The translations under genes and the position numbers were made by a program. This document shows positions 10,020 through 18,413 of a DNA stretch of 32,000 nucleotides, one piece after another. Source of the DNA: an uncultured bacterium. Lineage in GTDB: Bacteria; Margulisbacteria; WOR-1; CAVSGV01. The DNA lies in the NCBI GenBank assembly GCA_963699255.1, contig OY969425.1:600001-632000 (forward strand). Direction: 5' to 3'. The notes beneath the pieces are model-generated. The model was not told the origin of the DNA and did no database searches. It saw nothing but the letters and a program-made list of their open reading frames with translations. The number at the start of each line of letters is the position of its first letter. Within the stretch, counting starts at the first letter, position 1.

Positions 10020-10423
10020 GGTTTATGCGAATCGATATAGCTTTGCAGCATTATTCCGGCAGCCGCGGCATCGCTGAAGCCTTTCATTTTTTTCCTGGAA
10101 GCGCCGCCGGCCGTCATAGAGACCTGCGCCATCTTTGTGGTCAACCTCTCATCCCATAAAGTGACCTTTACGGGGATCTCGCTGACTATCTTTTTGCTGA
10201 AATCCTTTACCTTTTCAGCCGCTATGCCCAGTTCGCCGTTCATCTGTTTGGGCAGCCCCAGTATTATCTCCCCCGCATCATACTGATCTATAATCTCTTT
10301 CAGTCTGTCAAGGAATTTACCGTTGTTTTCGATGCTGAATAACGGGAGAGCCGATATTCCCAGCGGATCTGAAACGGCCACGCCTATCCTTGCTCCGCCC
10401 CAATCTAGTCCGATCAGCCTCAT
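10016..10423 (-). CDS. ruvX: Holliday junction resolvase-like protein RuvX/YqgF
   Basis: GLDWGGARIGVAVSD, LGLPKQMNGELG, WDERLTT motifs. Confidence 0.93.
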   Translation of the reverse strand: MRLIGLDWGGARIGVAVSDPLGISALPLFSIENNGKFLDRLKEIIDQYDAGEIILGLPKQMNGELGIAAEKVKDFSKKIVSEIPVKVTLWDERLTTKMAQVSMTAGGASRKKMKGFSDAAAAGIMLQSYIDSHKP

Positions 10424-13119
10424 AATTTCACTTTGACAGCCTCGACTATCAGATCGAACACCAGAGGGATCTTTGAGCTGTCCCGTCCGCCCGCTTCCGC
10501 GATGTTATTTTTCCCTCCTCCGCCCCCTCCGAGCAATTCGGCGACATCCTTTACCAAAGCCGCCGCATCAAGCCCCTTGGCTACCATGTCCGGCGAAATG
10601 GAGAGTATCAATATCACCCTGTTCCCCAGGACAGAGAAGAGCACGGCGACAAAAGAATTCATTTTGACCTTTACTATATCGGAGATCTTTCTCAGCATCT
10701 CGGCATCATAATGCCGGAACTCACAAAGAATGATCTTTGACTCTTTAATATCCACGGATCTTTTAATGTAGTTGTTGAAATTCTCGGAAATAAAAGCCAG
10801 ATTCTCTACCTCAAGTTCGCCCTCCAGCCCCTGGATCCGCTCGGCAAGCCCGGCGTTTTTCTTCTTGAAATCCTCAAGCATCCTGTTGATCAGGAAAATA
10901 TTCCCCTGTGTTAACGATTTCTTAAGGGATTCCATTTCATCGGATGTGACCCTGAAGAACTGATAATACGTCTCGGGTTTACCCTCAAGAAATTCCCTTT
11001 TCAGCTCCAGAGCCTCGTATCTGCTGAACATCTGCTTGTTCTTTTCCCATTCAGAACGCCCCTGATCCAGAATGTGCTGTTTAGCCGCCTCCCCTGCTTT
11101 AGCCTCTATCCTTCTTACCCCGTAAGAGACCGAACTCTCCGCCGTGATCGTAAAGAACGATATCTCCGAGGTGTTCTTGACATGCGTGCCGCCGCATAGC
11201 TCCAGGGAGAAATTCCCGATCTTTATCATTCTCACCCTTTCCCCGTATTTCTCGCCAAAAAACATTAAAGCGTCCTTCTTTTTTGCTTCGTCAAGGGAAC
11301 ACTCCGTCACTTCCACCTTTAGCTTTTCCTTTATAAGTTCGTTCACGCGCCGCTCTATTCTTTCCATATCGTCTTTTGATATGCCCCCAAAATGATTGAA
11401 ATCGAACCTGAATCCCTCGGAGGAGACAAATGAACCGGCTTGTTTCAGACCCTTGCCATACAGCTCCCTCAGTGTCGAATGCAGCAGGTGCGTCGCGGTG
11501 TGATGGATCGACGCCAGCTTTCTTTTGTCCGTATCTATCACTGCCTTGACCCCTGCATTAAGCTCCAGCCCTTTGACGCTCTTGACCTTGTGGGCGATAA
11601 CCCCTTTGATATGTCCGTAAGTGCCCACAACGGCATATTCTTTCTTCCCCAGGAACAGCTTTCCGGTATCCCCAACCTGCCCTCCGCCCTCGGGATAAAA
11701 AACGGTCTTATCAAGCACCACCAGCCGCTCTCCATCATCTATGTGGATGATCTTTGCGGATGTTGTGTATGAATTGTATCCGATGAAATTGGTAGGATGA
11801 AGGTTGCTAAGTTTCTGCATGGATTGCTTTGCTTCCGCCGCGATCCCGGAAGCCCTGCCGTGACGCCTCTGCTCTTCCATCAGGAGACTGAACCCCTGTT
11901 CGTCTATCGTTATTCCTGACTCGGATGCTATCTCACGCGTCAGCTCAACGGGGAAGCCGTAAGTATCATGGAGCAAAAATATTTCATTTCCCGGTATGGT
12001 CTTTATGCCGCTTTTTATAAGATCGCTTAAGATGTCTATCCCCTGCTCCAGGGTGTTCCCGAAGTGCTCCTCTTCGGTCTTTATTGTTGCGGAAATCGAC
12101 TTTATCTCTTTTGTCAGCTCGGTATAAAAATCGCCGTTGATCTCAGCAACTTCCGCTGCCAGCTTGAATAAGAACGGTTCTTTTATTCCAAGAAGCCTGC
12201 CGTGGCGCACCGCCCTTCTTATGATGCGGCGCAGGACATATCCTCTCCCGTCATTTGAAGGCAGCACGCCGTCAGCGATCAGATGCGTTATCGCTCTTAT
12301 ATGGTCGGCGATGATCTTTTTTGATTCTGAGTGCTCACCGTCTTTGCACTTCGCGATCTCATTGATGCTGTTCAGTATCGGCACAAAAAGATCGGTCTCA
12401 AAATTGGACGGAACGCCCTGCAGGACGGACGCTATCCTCTCAAGCCCCATGCCCGTGTCTATGTTCTTTGACGGAAGTTCTATCAGCTGACCTTTGTCAT
12501 TCCTGTTATATTCAACAAAGACCAGATTCCACAGCTCCAGGAACCTGTCGCAATCGCATCCCGGAGCGCACCCCGGCTTGCCGCAGCCTCTTTCCTTCCC
12601 CAGATCATAATAGATCTCGGAACACGGCCCGCAAGGCCCCGTTGGTCCCGCCGCCCAGAAGTTGTTTTCTTCGCCAAGCCTGTAGATGTTCTTATCGGAG
12701 ATGCCGATATCCTCGTTCCAGATCTTGAATGCCTCATCATCTTTTTCAAAAATAGCGATCAAAAGCTTATCTTCCTTCAACAGTAATTCCTTGGTTAAAA
12801 ACTCCCAAGCAAAGTTTATGGCATCCTTCTTGAAATAATCCCCGAAGGAGAAATTTCCCAGCATCTCGAAAAAAGTGTGATGCCTTGCTGTCTTTCCGAC
12901 CCGCTCTATATCATTCATCCTTATGCATTTTTGGACAGTTGTGACCTTTTTATACTTTGCCTTCTCAGTCCCGAGAAAAATAGGTTTGAACTGAAGCATG
13001 CCAGCAAGGGTCAGAAGCACTGTTGGATCCGTCGGGATAAGGGACGAACCCGGAAGCACTTTGTGCCCTTTCCCCTCAAAATATCTAAGGAACTTATTTC
13101 TTATTTCCGAGCTTTTCAT
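10420..13119 (-). CDS. alaS: Alanine--tRNA ligase
   Basis: 899 aa; RNKFLRYFEGKGHKVLPGSSL, HHTATHLLHSTLRE, CGGTHV. Confidence 0.98.
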   Translation of the reverse strand: MKSSEIRNKFLRYFEGKGHKVLPGSSLIPTDPTVLLTLAGMLQFKPIFLGTEKAKYKKVTTVQKCIRMNDIERVGKTARHHTFFEMLGNFSFGDYFKKDAINFAWEFLTKELLLKEDKLLIAIFEKDDEAFKIWNEDIGISDKNIYRLGEENNFWAAGPTGPCGPCSEIYYDLGKERGCGKPGCAPGCDCDRFLELWNLVFVEYNRNDKGQLIELPSKNIDTGMGLERIASVLQGVPSNFETDLFVPILNSINEIAKCKDGEHSESKKIIADHIRAITHLIADGVLPSNDGRGYVLRRIIRRAVRHGRLLGIKEPFLFKLAAEVAEINGDFYTELTKEIKSISATIKTEEEHFGNTLEQGIDILSDLIKSGIKTIPGNEIFLLHDTYGFPVELTREIASESGITIDEQGFSLLMEEQRRHGRASGIAAEAKQSMQKLSNLHPTNFIGYNSYTTSAKIIHIDDGERLVVLDKTVFYPEGGGQVGDTGKLFLGKKEYAVVGTYGHIKGVIAHKVKSVKGLELNAGVKAVIDTDKRKLASIHHTATHLLHSTLRELYGKGLKQAGSFVSSEGFRFDFNHFGGISKDDMERIERRVNELIKEKLKVEVTECSLDEAKKKDALMFFGEKYGERVRMIKIGNFSLELCGGTHVKNTSEISFFTITAESSVSYGVRRIEAKAGEAAKQHILDQGRSEWEKNKQMFSRYEALELKREFLEGKPETYYQFFRVTSDEMESLKKSLTQGNIFLINRMLEDFKKKNAGLAERIQGLEGELEVENLAFISENFNNYIKRSVDIKESKIILCEFRHYDAEMLRKISDIVKVKMNSFVAVLFSVLGNRVILILSISPDMVAKGLDAAALVKDVAELLGGGGGGKNNIAEAGGRDSSKIPLVFDLIVEAVKVKL

Positions 13120-13711
13120 CCGTTATCCTTCTGATCATATCCTGCGCTTTTTCTATGGCACCGCTCGTGGATATTATCTTTACACGCTTTGGTTCAAGTT
13201 TTGCTATCCTCAGATACGCGTTCCTCACTCTCTCATGGAATCCGTTGTTTTCCGACTCAAATTTGTCCTTTTTTGATCGTCTTGTCCCTCTGGGTATCCC
13301 GGTCTTTGGAGGAATATCCAGCAAGAAGGTCAGGTCAGGCGCCAAGCCGTCTGAAGATATCCTGTTCATCTGGCCCACCAGATCAAGGGGAAGCTTTCTT
13401 CCCGCGATCTGATACGCGGTGGTCGAATCGATGAACCTGTCAGAGATCACGATATTGCCCGCTTTAAGGCCCGGCCTTATGACGCTTGCGACGTGCTCGG
13501 CCCTGTCCGCCGCAAAAAGAAGCAACTCGGAATACCTGGAGGCAAGCCGCTCTCCCTTAAGAAGGATCTGTCTCAGCTTTTTCCCGATCCCGGTCCCTCC
13601 GGGCTCAAGCGTATGAACGACCCTGTATCCTTTGCCCGTCAAATATTCTTTCAGGAGCCTTGCGTGGGTCGATTTTCCGCAACCTTCTCCGCCCTCAAAA
13701 GTTATGAACAT
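13094..13711 (-). CDS. tmk: Thymidylate kinase
   Basis: FITFEGGEGCGKSTHARLL, LEPGGTGIGKKLR, DRFIDSTTAYQ. Confidence 0.95.
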   Translation of the reverse strand: MFITFEGGEGCGKSTHARLLKEYLTGKGYRVVHTLEPGGTGIGKKLRQILLKGERLASRYSELLLFAADRAEHVASVIRPGLKAGNIVISDRFIDSTTAYQIAGRKLPLDLVGQMNRISSDGLAPDLTFLLDIPPKTGIPRGTRRSKKDKFESENNGFHERVRNAYLRIAKLEPKRVKIISTSGAIEKAQDMIRRITDEKLGNKK

Positions 13712-13714
13712 TTT

Positions 13715-15283
13715 TCACCTTGTTATCAGACTTACTCCGAACATTAATTGTTGCATAGCAGTGTTATATTTTATGTCAATAGAATAACAATGGAAACCCA
13801 GAGATAACGTATAGATCAGCTCTTTTGGTTCCCAATCAGGAACATAATATGAATAATCAACACTTATCCTGTTAGGCCCGAAATTATACCCTAAACCGGA
13901 ATAAAATTCATCAGAAGGGGTTGTCAGATACGCCTCATACTGGAAAGGGCTTCCGCCGACAAAGTTTATGTAATGCATTTGTCCCACATATCCATCAATT
14001 CCGCTGCCAAAGTCATGTGAAAAATTTAAGTGCTGGATCAATCTGGACCAATAGCCCGTCGATCCATACCAGGACTGGTTCTGTTCCAAACCCGCGTACA
14101 ATCTGCCAAAGTCCGTGGGAATATTGAAATATCCTCTTGTCTGTATGTTCCCCGTGCTGTCGCCTGTCCCGGTGGTTTCTTCGGTAATATAGCCGTAAGA
14201 AACAGATCCACCGACGTTAAAGTACTTAAAAAATGCAGGGACATCATTAAGTTGTAAAGTAAAATCGGGCAGCATACTGACCCTTTGAAAATTTATTTCT
14301 TCATTATATGAAATATTCGTGGTCAGAGTGAACATCAAATTCTTTTTTATCTTAAAAAAAGAATATAAGGGAGCTACATCCTGACCTGTTTCAGGCCCGA
14401 ACCGGTAAGAATGAGTAATGCCGCCAAAGCCGTTATATCTCGGATCGTAATAGATCCTGAAACTGGTGTCATTATAATCATCGGCCAGGTAATCGCCTTC
14501 AAGGCCGCCGCCAAGGCCTCCCTTTGCGGTGTTCAATAATACCACTCTCCCGTTAAGTTTTCTGTTGGCTATCCAGGGAACCTTATACCGGACATAAAAT
14601 CCGTCCTCGTCGTTCGACCCCATTTGCGGAACTGACATTACACTGGTCGCGTCGGATTTCTGCCCCATGCCGTACGCGCTCAGGTCATATAAATATACGG
14701 GAACAGGCAGGACTGGCACACCGCCGACCCAGAGGTATCCAAGATACCCCAGCACCCATCCTTCATCGGGGTATAAAGTGGTCGTATATGAAGAAACGTG
14801 ATAATGAGGCGGTTCAAGCCCGCACATGTTGAACGAGGAATTTTTCAGCTCGATCTTTTCTTCGTCGATAAACGCGAAGTCGCCGGATAGAACGGCATAT
14901 TTATACGCGATCTTCACGTTCTTGGTAAGCCCGGTTTTGGTCTTAAAGCTGTAGTCCAGATATTCACCGCTCAACTTCGCGCCTTTTTTTATCCGCATTA
15001 CGAAGTTTTTGTCGGCCATCACCTGCTTATTTTCTATATAATAAATGACATGGCCGGCACTGATCTCAATGTCCGGAGATACGACCTCTACTGAGCCGGA
15101 AGCTTCCATGGAGGTCCCGTCCTCGCTGTAAGAGAGCGTGTCCGCCGTTATCACGACATCTCCGTTCACCTGGGCATATGAGAAGTGAGTAAAAGCAAGG
15201 AGAATTAGCGGGGCAAATAAAAAAGATTTACCCCAACCGAAGTGTTGGGGTAAACTCCAACACCCTGGTTGGAGGTTACGCAA
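13715..15283 (-). CDS. LptD/organic-solvent-tolerance-like outer-membrane LPS assembly protein
   Basis: 522 aa; NGDVVITADTLSYSEDGTSMEASGSVEVVSPDIEISAGHVIYYIEN (OstA-like N-terminus), then beta-rich region. TTG start; first residues encoded by a hairpin repeat. Confidence 0.75.
   Translation of the reverse strand: MRNLQPGCWSLPQHFGWGKSFLFAPLILLAFTHFSYAQVNGDVVITADTLSYSEDGTSMEASGSVEVVSPDIEISAGHVIYYIENKQVMADKNFVMRIKKGAKLSGEYLDYSFKTKTGLTKNVKIAYKYAVLSGDFAFIDEEKIELKNSSFNMCGLEPPHYHVSSYTTTLYPDEGWVLGYLGYLWVGGVPVLPVPVYLYDLSAYGMGQKSDATSVMSVPQMGSNDEDGFYVRYKVPWIANRKLNGRVVLLNTAKGGLGGGLEGDYLADDYNDTSFRIYYDPRYNGFGGITHSYRFGPETGQDVAPLYSFFKIKKNLMFTLTTNISYNEEINFQRVSMLPDFTLQLNDVPAFFKYFNVGGSVSYGYITEETTGTGDSTGNIQTRGYFNIPTDFGRLYAGLEQNQSWYGSTGYWSRLIQHLNFSHDFGSGIDGYVGQMHYINFVGGSPFQYEAYLTTPSDEFYSGLGYNFGPNRISVDYSYYVPDWEPKELIYTLSLGFHCYSIDIKYNTAMQQLMFGVSLITR
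15227..15274. repeat. Tandem hairpin repeat, family B
   Basis: TTTACCCCAAC-CGAAGT-GTTGGGGTAAA followed by CTCCAAC-ACCCTG-GTTGGAG; core shared with 29870..29893. Confidence 0.75.
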
Positions 15284-16613
15284 CCTGTTCGTACCTGGAC
15301 TCCTTGCTGAAGAATTTTGCGATCTCTTTCTTGAATACCAGTTCTACCGTGCCAACAGGGCCGTTTCGCTGCTTGGCGATTATTATCTCCGCAATGTTCC
15401 CTTTTTCAGAAGCGGGATTGTAGTAATCCTCCCTGTGGATGAATATCACGACATCCGCCGTCTGTTCGATCTCTCCGGACTCCCTGAGGTCGGAGAGTCT
15501 GGGGATCCGATCGTTGCGCTGTTCCACCGCACGGGAGAGCTGGGACAGCGCGATGACCGGGATATCCAGTTCCCTTGCCAGCGTCTTGAGCGATCTAGCT
15601 ATTTCCGATATCTCCTGAACACGGTTCTCGACCCTGGAGCGGCCGCTCATCAGCTGCATGTAATCAATTATCACGAGGGCAAGCCCGCGTTCAGCCTTCA
15701 ATCTCCTTGCCTTTGCCCTTATCTCCATGGCCGTGATGGAGGCGCTGTCATCAAGGAACAGCGGCGCTTCCGAAAGCCTGGAAAGTGCTTTCGTGAGCTT
15801 CTTCCATCCGGTGTCCGGAAGGCTTGCCGTATTCAGCCTGTTCTGGTCTATCTCCGCCTCCGAGCAGAGGATCCTTCGCGCGAGCTGCTCCTTCGACATC
15901 TCCAGACTGAAAACCGCTACAGGCAGCTTATGCTTGATAGAAACGCTCTGGGCAATATTGAGCACCAGGGCGGTCTTGCCGACGGACGGCCTTGCGGCTA
16001 TGATTATCAGGTCGGCATTCTGGAACCCGGCCGTCAGATTATCCAGGTCCTGGAAACCCGACGGTATGCCCGTAAGGGTCTCGTGCTTTTCATACAGCTT
16101 ATCGATCCTCTCAAGCACTTTTTTCACGACGCTGTCGATCTTGTAAAAGCCTTCCCTGACCCTCTTAAGCGCGATGTTGAAAATATTCTTTTCTGCGGAA
16201 TCAAGGATCGAATCCACATCGTCCGGCTCTTCGAACGCGTCCTGCACTATCTTTGTGCCCGCATCTATGAGCCGCCGCAGGGTCGCTTTTTCTTCCACTA
16301 TCTTCGCATAGTGATCCACGTTGGCGGACGTAGGAACGGAATTGATCAGGTCCGCGATGTAAACGGACCCCCCCACGGCGTCAAGTTTCCCCTCATTCCT
16401 CAATATTTCGGATACCGTGATCGAATCTACCGGTTCTCCAAGCTCGAAGAGTTTCAGCATCGCCTCATAAATATACCTGTGCGCATCGCGGTAGAACGAA
16501 TCAGGACTTAATATCTCTATGACCCGTAGGATCGCATTCTTGTCAATAAGGATAGAACCGAGCACAGATTGCTCGGCAACCAGATTTTGAGGGGGGATCT
16601 TTTCTTTTTCCAT
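15276..16613 (-). CDS. dnaB: Replicative DNA helicase
   Basis: 445 aa; IIAARPSVGKTALVLNIA, VIIDYMQLMSG, full DnaB family. Confidence 0.97.
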   Translation of the reverse strand: MEKEKIPPQNLVAEQSVLGSILIDKNAILRVIEILSPDSFYRDAHRYIYEAMLKLFELGEPVDSITVSEILRNEGKLDAVGGSVYIADLINSVPTSANVDHYAKIVEEKATLRRLIDAGTKIVQDAFEEPDDVDSILDSAEKNIFNIALKRVREGFYKIDSVVKKVLERIDKLYEKHETLTGIPSGFQDLDNLTAGFQNADLIIIAARPSVGKTALVLNIAQSVSIKHKLPVAVFSLEMSKEQLARRILCSEAEIDQNRLNTASLPDTGWKKLTKALSRLSEAPLFLDDSASITAMEIRAKARRLKAERGLALVIIDYMQLMSGRSRVENRVQEISEIARSLKTLARELDIPVIALSQLSRAVEQRNDRIPRLSDLRESGEIEQTADVVIFIHREDYYNPASEKGNIAEIIIAKQRNGPVGTVELVFKKEIAKFFSKESRYEQVA

Positions 16614-16615
16614 AA

Positions 16616-16643
16616 ATTACAAGGCCTTAATTACAAGCCCTTA
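16616..16643. repeat. 14-bp tandem direct repeat (1 mismatch)
   Basis: ATTACAAGGCCTTA / ATTACAAGCCCTTA directly upstream of the dnaB start. Confidence 0.8.
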
Positions 16644-16805
16644 TTTTTCCTCTTCATCCTCTTGATCGACATCGCAAACGCATTCGGACCTTGGATTTCC
16701 GCAGTCAGGGCAGGTTTCTTCCAGTTCCATGCTGCAATCGGGACAAAGCCCCGGCTTTACGTCCTCATATCCGCAGGTAGGGCAGGCAAAAACTCCTTTA
16801 GCCAC
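16641..16805 (-). CDS. 54-aa Cys-rich zinc-ribbon/rubredoxin-like small protein (not in the supplied ORF track)
   Basis: GTG start; VAKGVFACPTCGYEDVKPGLCPDCSMELEETCPDCGNPRSECVCDVDQEDEEEK; four CxxC/CxC motifs, AAGGA upstream. Confidence 0.7.
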   Translation of the reverse strand: MAKGVFACPTCGYEDVKPGLCPDCSMELEETCPDCGNPRSECVCDVDQEDEEEK

Positions 16806-16824
16806 ACAGATCACATCCTTCTAA

Positions 16825-16943
16825 AGAGAATTACCAATTGCCAATAACACAATGACCAATTAAGGAATAATTATTTTAATAAAATGTGCGAAGCACACCT
16901 TCATTTGTCATTGTTTCATTGTGTAATTGTTCATTTGTTATTA
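16825..16943. repeat. AT-rich imperfect intergenic inverted repeat
   Basis: Left arm aattaccaattgccaataacacaatgaccaatt; right arm catttgtcattgtttcattgtgtaattgttcatttgttatt. Confidence 0.55.
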
Positions 16944-17429
16944 TACCGCAGCTTCCCAGCTTTTCAAAATATTAAAATGCATCTGTTCCTGTTCAATGAT
17001 CTCGTTAAGCATCTGCTTATTGCCCTCGGCTTTTGTGCTTTTAAGCAGCGCCTTATAGAACAGGATCGATCTTAGCTCAACGATCTCACCGTTCAACACG
17101 GCATCTCTGACGCTTTTTGCCTCGGCGCTCTCATTGAATATTCCTGTTTCCATATAAGTAAAAAGCCCCTCTTCACTGTCAACACTGTCAGGATCGATGC
17201 CGCGGTTCCTCAGTTCCACCTCAAATAGGCCTTTGAACTTTTCATAATGTGATCTCTCATCTTCCGCAAGCCTCTTGAACGTTCTTTTCACCCTTTCGTC
17301 GGAAGTCTTATTGAGAACGCTCGCGTAATATTTCTCGCCGTCGGTTTCGATCTTCATGGCGATCTTCAGCACTTCCAGATCATCAAAATCGCTGATTATT
17401 ATATCTTCCTTGCCTATCTTTATATCCAA
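16941..17429 (-). CDS. Rubrerythrin/ferritin-like diiron domain protein
   Basis: 162 aa; EVLKIAMKIETDGEKYYASVLNK...LAEDERSHYEKF...EIIEQEQMHFNIL; TTG start with SD GGAGG. Confidence 0.8.
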   Translation of the reverse strand: MDIKIGKEDIIISDFDDLEVLKIAMKIETDGEKYYASVLNKTSDERVKRTFKRLAEDERSHYEKFKGLFEVELRNRGIDPDSVDSEEGLFTYMETGIFNESAEAKSVRDAVLNGEIVELRSILFYKALLKSTKAEGNKQMLNEIIEQEQMHFNILKSWEAAV

Positions 17430-17463
17430 GCTGCGCCTCCAGTCCTAAACCATGGATCCCGCT

Positions 17464-18132
17464 TCATAAACTGTTAAAACCCATCCCGAAGCCGAACGTT
17501 GATATTAAGCCGCCGGGATCGCCAAAGTAAAGCCCCACTTCAAAACTGCCTTTAATATTGCTTGTAAAACTGTATTCCACCTCGGTCGCGAGCGAATATT
17601 TGACCGTTGTAGCGATATGATCTTCACTTTCTGTCCCCGCATTGAAATTGTTCACCGCCACCCTGTACCTTGTCTTTAGAACATTGCTTGCGGGAACAAT
17701 GAAATCATAACCGAGCAAGATTTCAGTGCTCGTATTATTTTTCTTGTTGATGCCCCACGAAACAGTCTCATATTCCGCCACAATGGAATTGTACCGCGCT
17801 TCCCTTGTACCGGTCAAAATATACTCGGCGCCCAAAGCGCTCGCCTGCGGAACGGTAGTAAGCTTAGCCCCGCTAACCGTAGAGTAATCTATCGTTCCCA
17901 CGCCAAGCTTGCCGTACAGATTGATCCTTTCAGTACAGCCGTATTTACCTATAAGACATATCGCGGAAAACGGAGATTCGACCATAAGCACTGTCGAATC
18001 GATCTTTATCGCGTACAAACCTTTACCCTGCATGGAAGGCGAGGAATTTCCCGTCAAAAATCCCGCATATCCAGCGCTGGAACAAAAAAGAATGAACAAA
18101 ATAATTAAAAACAGCTGTTTTATCATGATCAT
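17464..18132 (-). CDS. Outer-membrane beta-barrel protein
   Basis: Signal peptide MIKQLFLIILFILFCSSAGYAG, alternating beta pattern, C-term FGFGMGFNSL. Start may be ATG 18126. Confidence 0.6.
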   Translation of the reverse strand: MIMIKQLFLIILFILFCSSAGYAGFLTGNSSPSMQGKGLYAIKIDSTVLMVESPFSAICLIGKYGCTERINLYGKLGVGTIDYSTVSGAKLTTVPQASALGAEYILTGTREARYNSIVAEYETVSWGINKKNNTSTEILLGYDFIVPASNVLKTRYRVAVNNFNAGTESEDHIATTVKYSLATEVEYSFTSNIKGSFEVGLYFGDPGGLISTFGFGMGFNSL

Positions 18133-18133
18133 T

Positions 18134-18162
18134 TATTATAACATCGTAATTACCAATCACCA
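18134..18162 (-). promoter_or_regulatory. Putative promoter with perfect -10, TTGGTG-N17-TATAAT
   Basis: TATAAT at 18139..18134 (minus), 7 nt before ATG 18126; weak -35 (3/6). Confidence 0.45.
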
Positions 18163-18260
18163 ATTAACAATTCCCAATTAATGGCCAATCTTCCAATTTC
18201 CAATTGAATCATTGGACATTGGAAATTAATTTGTCATTTGTCATTGGAAATTGGTCATTA
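18145..18260. repeat. AT-rich imperfect intergenic inverted repeat
   Basis: gtaattaccaatcaccaattaacaattcccaattaatgg ... ttggacattggaaattaatttgtcatttgtcattggaaattggtcatta. Confidence 0.55.
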
Positions 18261-18341
18261 TCCGCCATATCTACCTTTGTAGATCGAATTCCAAACGATA
18301 AAGATGATAAGAAGGACCAAAAAAAGCATGCCGATGTCCAT
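18258..18341 (-). CDS. 27-aa single-pass transmembrane microprotein (not in the supplied ORF track)
   Basis: MDIGMLFLVLLIIFIVWNSIYKGRYGG*, preceded by near-ideal SD GGGAAGGAG-TTCAT-ATG. Confidence 0.6.
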   Translation of the reverse strand: MDIGMLFLVLLIIFIVWNSIYKGRYGG

Positions 18342-18413
18342 ATGAACTCCTTCCCGCCTGCCCCGAAGAGATGCGCAGCCTTCTTTCGGGCCTGCAACGC
18401 ACGCCCGCGCTGC

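Noticed and set aside
15435-16511. 358-aa plus-strand ORF fully antisense to dnaB
   Set aside because: dnaB on the minus strand is unambiguous; the antisense translation is Arg/His/Pro-rich with no recognisable domain, as expected from the opposite strand of GC-biased coding DNA.
18209-18397. 62-aa ORF MQARKKAAHLFGAGG... downstream of uvrA
   Set aside because: C-terminal part is read from the AT-rich repeat; an overlapping frame has a strong SD and hydrophobic 27-aa product, which is the better call.
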